This document shows positions 59,081 to 64,000 of a stretch of 64,000 nt of DNA, one piece after another. Under the pieces are notes generated by a model that saw nothing but the letters and a program-made list of their open reading frames with translations, made no database searches and had not been told where the DNA came from. A program made the position numbers and the translations under genes. Within the stretch, counting starts at the first letter, position 1. Each line of letters begins with the position of its first letter. Source of the DNA: Chiloscyllium plagiosum (Eukaryota); the NCBI RefSeq assembly GCF_004010195.1, contig NC_057720.1:15661886-15725885 (forward strand). The letters run 5' to 3'.

Positions 59081-59115
59081 ATTCCTGATGAAGGGCTTTT
59101 GCCCGAAACGTTGCT
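59081..59115 (+). ncRNA. Minimal hammerhead ribozyme motif in pLTR
   Basis: attc-CTGATGA-A-GGGC-tttt-GCCC-GAAAC-GTT-gct. Confidence 0.68.
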
Positions 59116-59261
59116 TTTGAAGCTCCTCGGATGCTGCCCGAACTGCTGTGCTCTTCCAGAACCACTAATCCAGAATCTGGTTTCCAGCATCTGCAGTCAT
59201 TGTTTTTACCAAATGGCTTTCTTTGTCCAGATCTCCCTCATGCTCTAAGGTTCATAAAATC

Positions 59262-59612
59262 ATAGAATCCTTGCAGTGTGGAAACAGACCCTTCGGACCA
59301 ACAAGTCCATACTGATCCTCTGAAGAGTAACCCACCCAGACCCATTCCCCTACCCCTTTCACTCTACATTTACCCCTGACTAACTTAGCTAGTCGACACA
59401 TCCCTGAACACTATGGGCAATTTAACATGGCCAATTCACCTGACCTGCACATCTTTTGACTGTGGGAGGAAACCGGAGCATCCAAAGGAAACCTACGCAG
59501 ACACGGGGAGAATGTGCAAACTCCACACAGACAGTCACCTGAGGCTGGCATCAAATCTGGGTTCCTGGCGCTGTGAGGTAGCAGTGCTGACCACTGAGCC
59601 ACCGTGCCACCC
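59262..59612 (-). mobile_element. HE1-like V-SINE, full length
   Basis: Reverse complement gggtggcacggtggctcagtggtcagcac...; bracketed by aggttcataaaatc repeats. Confidence 0.9.
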
Positions 59613-59631
59613 AGTGTTGGTTGGGACATCA

Positions 59632-60035
59632 GGTTCATAAAATCCTATAATGGTGATAGCACAGACAGAGGGACTATTCGGCCAATCATGCCTGTGCTAG
59701 CTCTCTGTAAATTAAACTCGTCAAGTCCAGTCCCTGCCTTTTTTCCATTGCCCAGCAGGTAGTTTCCTTTTGAATAATGATGCAGTTCCATTTCTGTGTA
59801 CCATAGATGAACCAGCCAGCAGTACACTCTTGGACAATTCATTGTAGTCCCGAGCTACTCGCTGTTTTAAAAAGAATTGTCCACAGGCCCCCTTTTGTTT
59901 TGTTCATGCCAACCACTTTAATGTGCATGTTCTCTGCTTCAATATCATTCCACCAACAGGAACAGTTTCTCTCTGTCTCATTCTGTCCAACCACCTCAGG
60001 ATTTCGACCACCTTTGTCAAATGTCCTCTCAAACT
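59632..60035 (-). mobile_element. Old CR1 3' fragment
   Basis: cataaaatcctataatggtgatagcacagacagagggactattcggcc tail; caacaggaacagtttctctctgtctc. Confidence 0.55.
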
Positions 60036-60605
60036 TATAGAGTCATGGAGCCATACAGCATGGAAACAGACTGTTCGGTCCAACCAGTCCCATGTTCCAA
60101 ACTAAACTAGTTCCACCTGCCTGCTTTTCACCCATATCCCTTCAAACCTTTCTTATTCATGTACTTATCCAAATGTCTTTTAAATGTTGCAAATGTACCT
60201 GCATCCACCACTTCCTTAGGCAGCCCACTCTCCACACGAACCATGTTCCGTGTAAAAAAACGTTATCCCTCAGGTCCCTTTTAAATCTTTTTCTTCTCAC
60301 TTTAAAAATACGCCCCCTAGTTTTGAACTCCCTCACCTTTGGGAAAAAACCCTTGTGATTTTAATAAACATCAATAGGGTCACCCCTCAACCTACTACAC
60401 TCCAGTGAAAAATGTCTCAGTCTTTCCATTCTGCTTTTATATCTCAAACCTTCCCTTCCGGGCAACATCCTAGTAAATCTTTGCTGAACTTTGTCCAGTT
60501 TAATATTAGTCTTTCTATAACAGAGTGACCAGAACTGCATACAGTACTCCAAAAGAGGCCTCAGCAATGTCCTACATACTCTCAACGTGACATCCCAAAC
60601 CGAAG
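60036..60605 (-). mobile_element. CR1/HER1 3' fragment
   Basis: RTLLRPLLEYCMQFWSLCYRK...KLDKVQQRFTRMLPG. Confidence 0.88.
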
Positions 60606-60689
60606 GGGATAAACCCTGATTCTCCACTCTTTCCTTGTACTTGAAGAACTTCGTCTTCAGAACCATTTCGGAGAGATGATGGCCCAACA

Positions 60690-61015
60690 ATGTTTCTTGA
60701 TCCAACAGACCTAGGTAATGTTTGGGGACCTATGTTCGAATCTCTCTATGGTAAAATTTGTATTCAATTTTCAAAAGCAAAATCTGGAATCTAAAGATGA
60801 TCTTTGATCACATTGTCAATTTTCAAGATGAATGTACTAATTCACTAGACCAATAATGTCCTTCAGGGAAGGAATCTGCCTCTCTTACCTGGTCTGGCCC
60901 ACATGTGACTCCAGACCCACAGTGATGTGGTTGACTCTCATTTGCCATGTGGGCAATTAGTGATGGGTAATAAATGCTCACCTAGCCAGTTACATCTACA
61001 TCCAATTATTAAAAA
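60690..61015 (+). mobile_element. tRNA-derived SINE, second family
   Basis: ggggacctatgttcgaatc...taatgtccttcagggaagg...ttacctggtctggcccacatgtgactccagacccacag...gggcaattag...aataaatgct. Confidence 0.72.
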
Positions 61016-61129
61016 TAACAACTTGTATGAATCTTTTCTGCACCATCTTCAATGCCTACGCATTCTTTCAAACATCAATATTGGATGCCACACCTTAGTT
61101 GGGACTGAATCAGTGTTTTATAAATCTTT

Positions 61130-62140
61130 ATCAGAGAAATTAGAGGGATCTGAATGAAAGATTCTTCGGGGATTTGACAGGGTCATAGAGTCATGAGAGC
61201 TATAGTATAGTAAAAGGCCCTTTGGAACATCAAATCAGCACCGGTCACCTAGCTATTCTCGTCCCAGTTTCCAGCACTTGGCATATAGCCTTGTATGCCT
61301 TGGCACCCCAACTGTGCATCCAAATGCTTCTTCAATGTTAGGAGGGTTTCTATGTTTACCACCCTTACAGGCAGTGAGTTCCAGATTCCCACCCTCTGGG
61401 TGGAAAGGTTTTTCCTCAATTCCCCGCTTAACCTTCTGCCTTTTAAATCTATACTCCAGGTCACTGATTCCTCGTCAAGGGAAAAAAACACTTTTCCCCC
61501 TACCTTATCTATACCCTCCATAATTTTATATATCTCAAACATGTCCCCTCCTCAGTCTCCTCTGGTCAAAGGAAAACAACCCCAGTCTATCCAATCTTGC
61601 TTCCTATCTAAAACTCTAGAGCCCAGGCAACATCCTGGTAAATCTCCTCTGTGTCCTCTTCACTACAATCACATCTCTCCTATAATGATGATTCCAGAAC
61701 TGCACGTAAAGGAAGATTTCCCCTTGTGAGTGAGTCTAAGGACAAAGGGTATTCTCTCAGAGTAAGGAGTTGTCCAGTTAGGACAGAGATGAGGAGGAAT
61801 TTCCTCTCTCAGGGAGTAATAAATCTGTGGAACTCTTTACCACAGAAAGCTATAGAAGTTGGTTCATTATGTTCGTTAAAGGCTGAGATGGATAGATTTT
61901 TAATCAGGAAGGGAATCAAGGGTGATTTGGAAAAGACAGTTTAAATAGAGCTAAGGATTGTCAGATGAGCCATGATCTCATTGAATGGTAGATCAGGCTA
62001 GAGGGGCTGAATGGCCTATTTCTGACCCTACATCTTATGGTTTTATTAACCACTTCCCCAACTTTCCCTGCCACTTTCAGGTTTCTCAGCATCTGTACCC
62101 CCTTTAGAATTATGTCTTTTAGTTTACACTGCTTGATTCT
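61130..62140. mobile_element. Nested CR1 fragments: plus copy 61130-61185 + 61706-62045 split by a minus copy 61185-61705; minus remnant 62045-62140
   Basis: FEIYKIMEGIDKV...QRVGIWNSLP (minus); FPLVSESKDKGYSLRV...RRNFLSQGVINLWNSLPQ (plus). Confidence 0.8.
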
Positions 62141-62755
62141 CCTCATTCTTGTGAATAAAATTGGGTTCCATAAATGACCAGGTAGTAGAAAATGACCTTA
62201 AACGTGGCTCTCAAGAACCAACAAAGGAATGGAAAAAGAAACATAGATCAAATGCAAGGTATGTTGGAGTATTCTATATAATGATATCACAGTAGGCAGG
62301 AATACATGGAGACAATATCTACCATATTACCATTCCCTTTTGTACAAGTGGTGAAAAATGTAATTTTCTGAGTACAACCTCAGCTTTATCTTTCTCCCAG
62401 ATATTTGGATGTAGGAAAGGTAGAAATTAGGAACAAGATTTTGACATCTTCGAGGGTAATTTGGTCCAGACTTTAAAATCTTAAGCTAAACAAACTCCCT
62501 AGAGATTTAAACTGAGATCAAGCAGGGAAACTATACCAGGCACACGCACAGGATAAATCCAATAAATGCTTCACGAGGTCATATTTTTGCCACTAGTTTC
62601 AATGCAGCAAGTGGGTGTCGGTTTAAATCAACATGTTTATTTATTTGGAAGTTGTTTGAAAGCTTATAAATAAGCAGCCAAATATAGTTCCTTCAGTTCA
62701 TTAAATCCAATGTTTACTTCTCGAATGACAAATTCCTAAAATTAAAGGGGAACAT

Positions 62756-63050
62756 TTGCATTTGTATAGCACCTTTCATAGTCTTGGAACAAAACATTTC
62801 ACAACCAATGAAGTTTATCAGAAGTACAATCACTGCTGCCAGGTACGAAAATGCAGAAGCCAACTTGTGCGCAGGAAGCTCCCACAAACAGAAGTGTGTG
62901 ACGACAAGTGGGTAATCCGCTTTTGGGGTGTTTCAGTTAGGGAGAAGCATTAAGCAGAATATTGGGAAAAGCTCCCATACCGTTCCTTGAATACTGCTGT
63001 GGGATCTGAGAAGGCACAGCTCTCTGCGGTTTCAAGTCTCGTCTGGCATT
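62756..63050 (-). mobile_element. DeuSINE (SacSINE1-like), degenerate
   Basis: ttgcatttgtatagcacctttca tail; gccaacttgtgcgcaggaagctcccacaaacag mirrors 13310-13355. Confidence 0.65.
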
Positions 63051-64000
63051 GGGAGGAAAATAAAAAAAAAATGTGTACATTAAAAAGCAGAAGGACTATG
63101 TGTATAGAAAAGTGCATTTAGATATCTATACTTAGCTTTCCTTCAATTGCATTTTTAAAATCACAGATTTTGTTGCTTTGTGCTTTTAGTTGCACGCTGG
63201 AGACAGATAATTAACTGGGAAGTGACAAACTATTCTGACACAAGTTGCCCATCGCCTGCCTATTACTTAACATTCCTTTTCTTATAAAATTACAGCTGGC
63301 TTGAAATAACTATGTCATAGGTCTGGACATTTCCCAATCCCTTCTTCATCCACTTACAAAAATGGCATATAATAGCAGATGGACGTAGGTTTTATCAATG
63401 TGGCCTTTACCTGTATTGTGAGTTGATGGATAGTAAATTGCCTCTTACAATTGCTGATGTCCTTGAAGAAACATTTTCGAATGGCACTATTATATGAGAC
63501 CAATGTAGCCTCATGTTAAATTAGACTCCATCAGAGAGTGAGTGTTAGGTTCCATAAAATCATGAGTCCGTATTCAGGACCATTGTTCTAGAGGAATAAA
63601 TCGACAGAAATTAGATAGAAGTTCCAAGTCAAATTGCATTCTTTGGTCTAGTCTGTGTAGCAATCACATCGCCCACAGCCATGCTTTCTGTAAACTCACT
63701 TTGCACAAATGACTTAGCCGCCACTGATGTATTGACACAGTGTGTCCATGAATGACATTAGGGCTGCTTAGAAAAAGGAAGAAAACAATGAAAACGGAAT
63801 CGAGTAACTACTTCTGAAAATTACCTTTCCCTGTGAAACTCCCTCAAAGTGCTTTGATGTGGCTGAAGGTGGTTTTAAGTGAAAAATGTCAAAGCAGCAC
63901 AGAAAGAAATTGATGGAAAATGGAAGGGCACGGTTTGGTTATTTGATGCAGTCAGTGGATTAGGACTCTCAAACCAGTTACAAGCTCTGCTTTTGCAACA

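Larger units (their letters stand above)
58263..59210. mobile_element. Fold-back Neptune-type PLE: minus-strand GIY-YIG + pLTR (58263-59040) joined to plus-strand pLTR (59041-59210)
   Basis: AQHFNSPSHSAEDMEVLGLLH...GTLQPQGIN is near-identical to 12480-12640; 14-bp TSD aaatggccttcttt (58249-58262) / aaatggctttcttt (59211-59224). Confidence 0.92.

Noticed and set aside
707..59612. Bona fide tRNA genes at A/B-box sequences
   Set aside because: All continue into SINE bodies and I could not fold a convincing cloverleaf

Overview
AT-rich, repeat-dense vertebrate non-coding DNA, most likely from a cartilaginous fish (shark). That call is an inference from abundant HE1-type V-SINEs, HER1/CR1-type LINE tails and Deu-domain SINEs. 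I can support no host protein-coding exon; every interpretable ORF comes from a transposon or a minisatellite. Main elements: a Neptune-type Penelope-like element (PLE; RT + GIY-YIG) at 11.5-12.8 kb; a 19-bp and a ~31-bp minisatellite with an assembly gap at 21.8-24.3 kb; a solo LTR at 25.1-26.2 kb; a 5S-rRNA+tRNA chimeric head at 26.2-26.5 kb; a Tx1/L1-clade LINE at 26.6-30.2 kb; a near full-length decayed CR1 at 52.4-57.1 kb; and a fold-back PLE at 58.3-59.2 kb. The most notable signals are (i) about ten minimal hammerhead-ribozyme motifs on very short PLE insertions, including a 72-bp insertion that is mostly ribozyme and is flanked by an 8-bp TSD; (ii) three local 220-320 bp duplications copied from about 0.9-1.5 kb away; (iii) a cluster of about nine ~110-bp tRNA-derived units; (iv) a non-autonomous element that appears to share a Rex1-like 3' tail and host the minisatellites. 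All calls were made by eye without searches. Family names come from recognition and the boundaries of old repeats are approximate.
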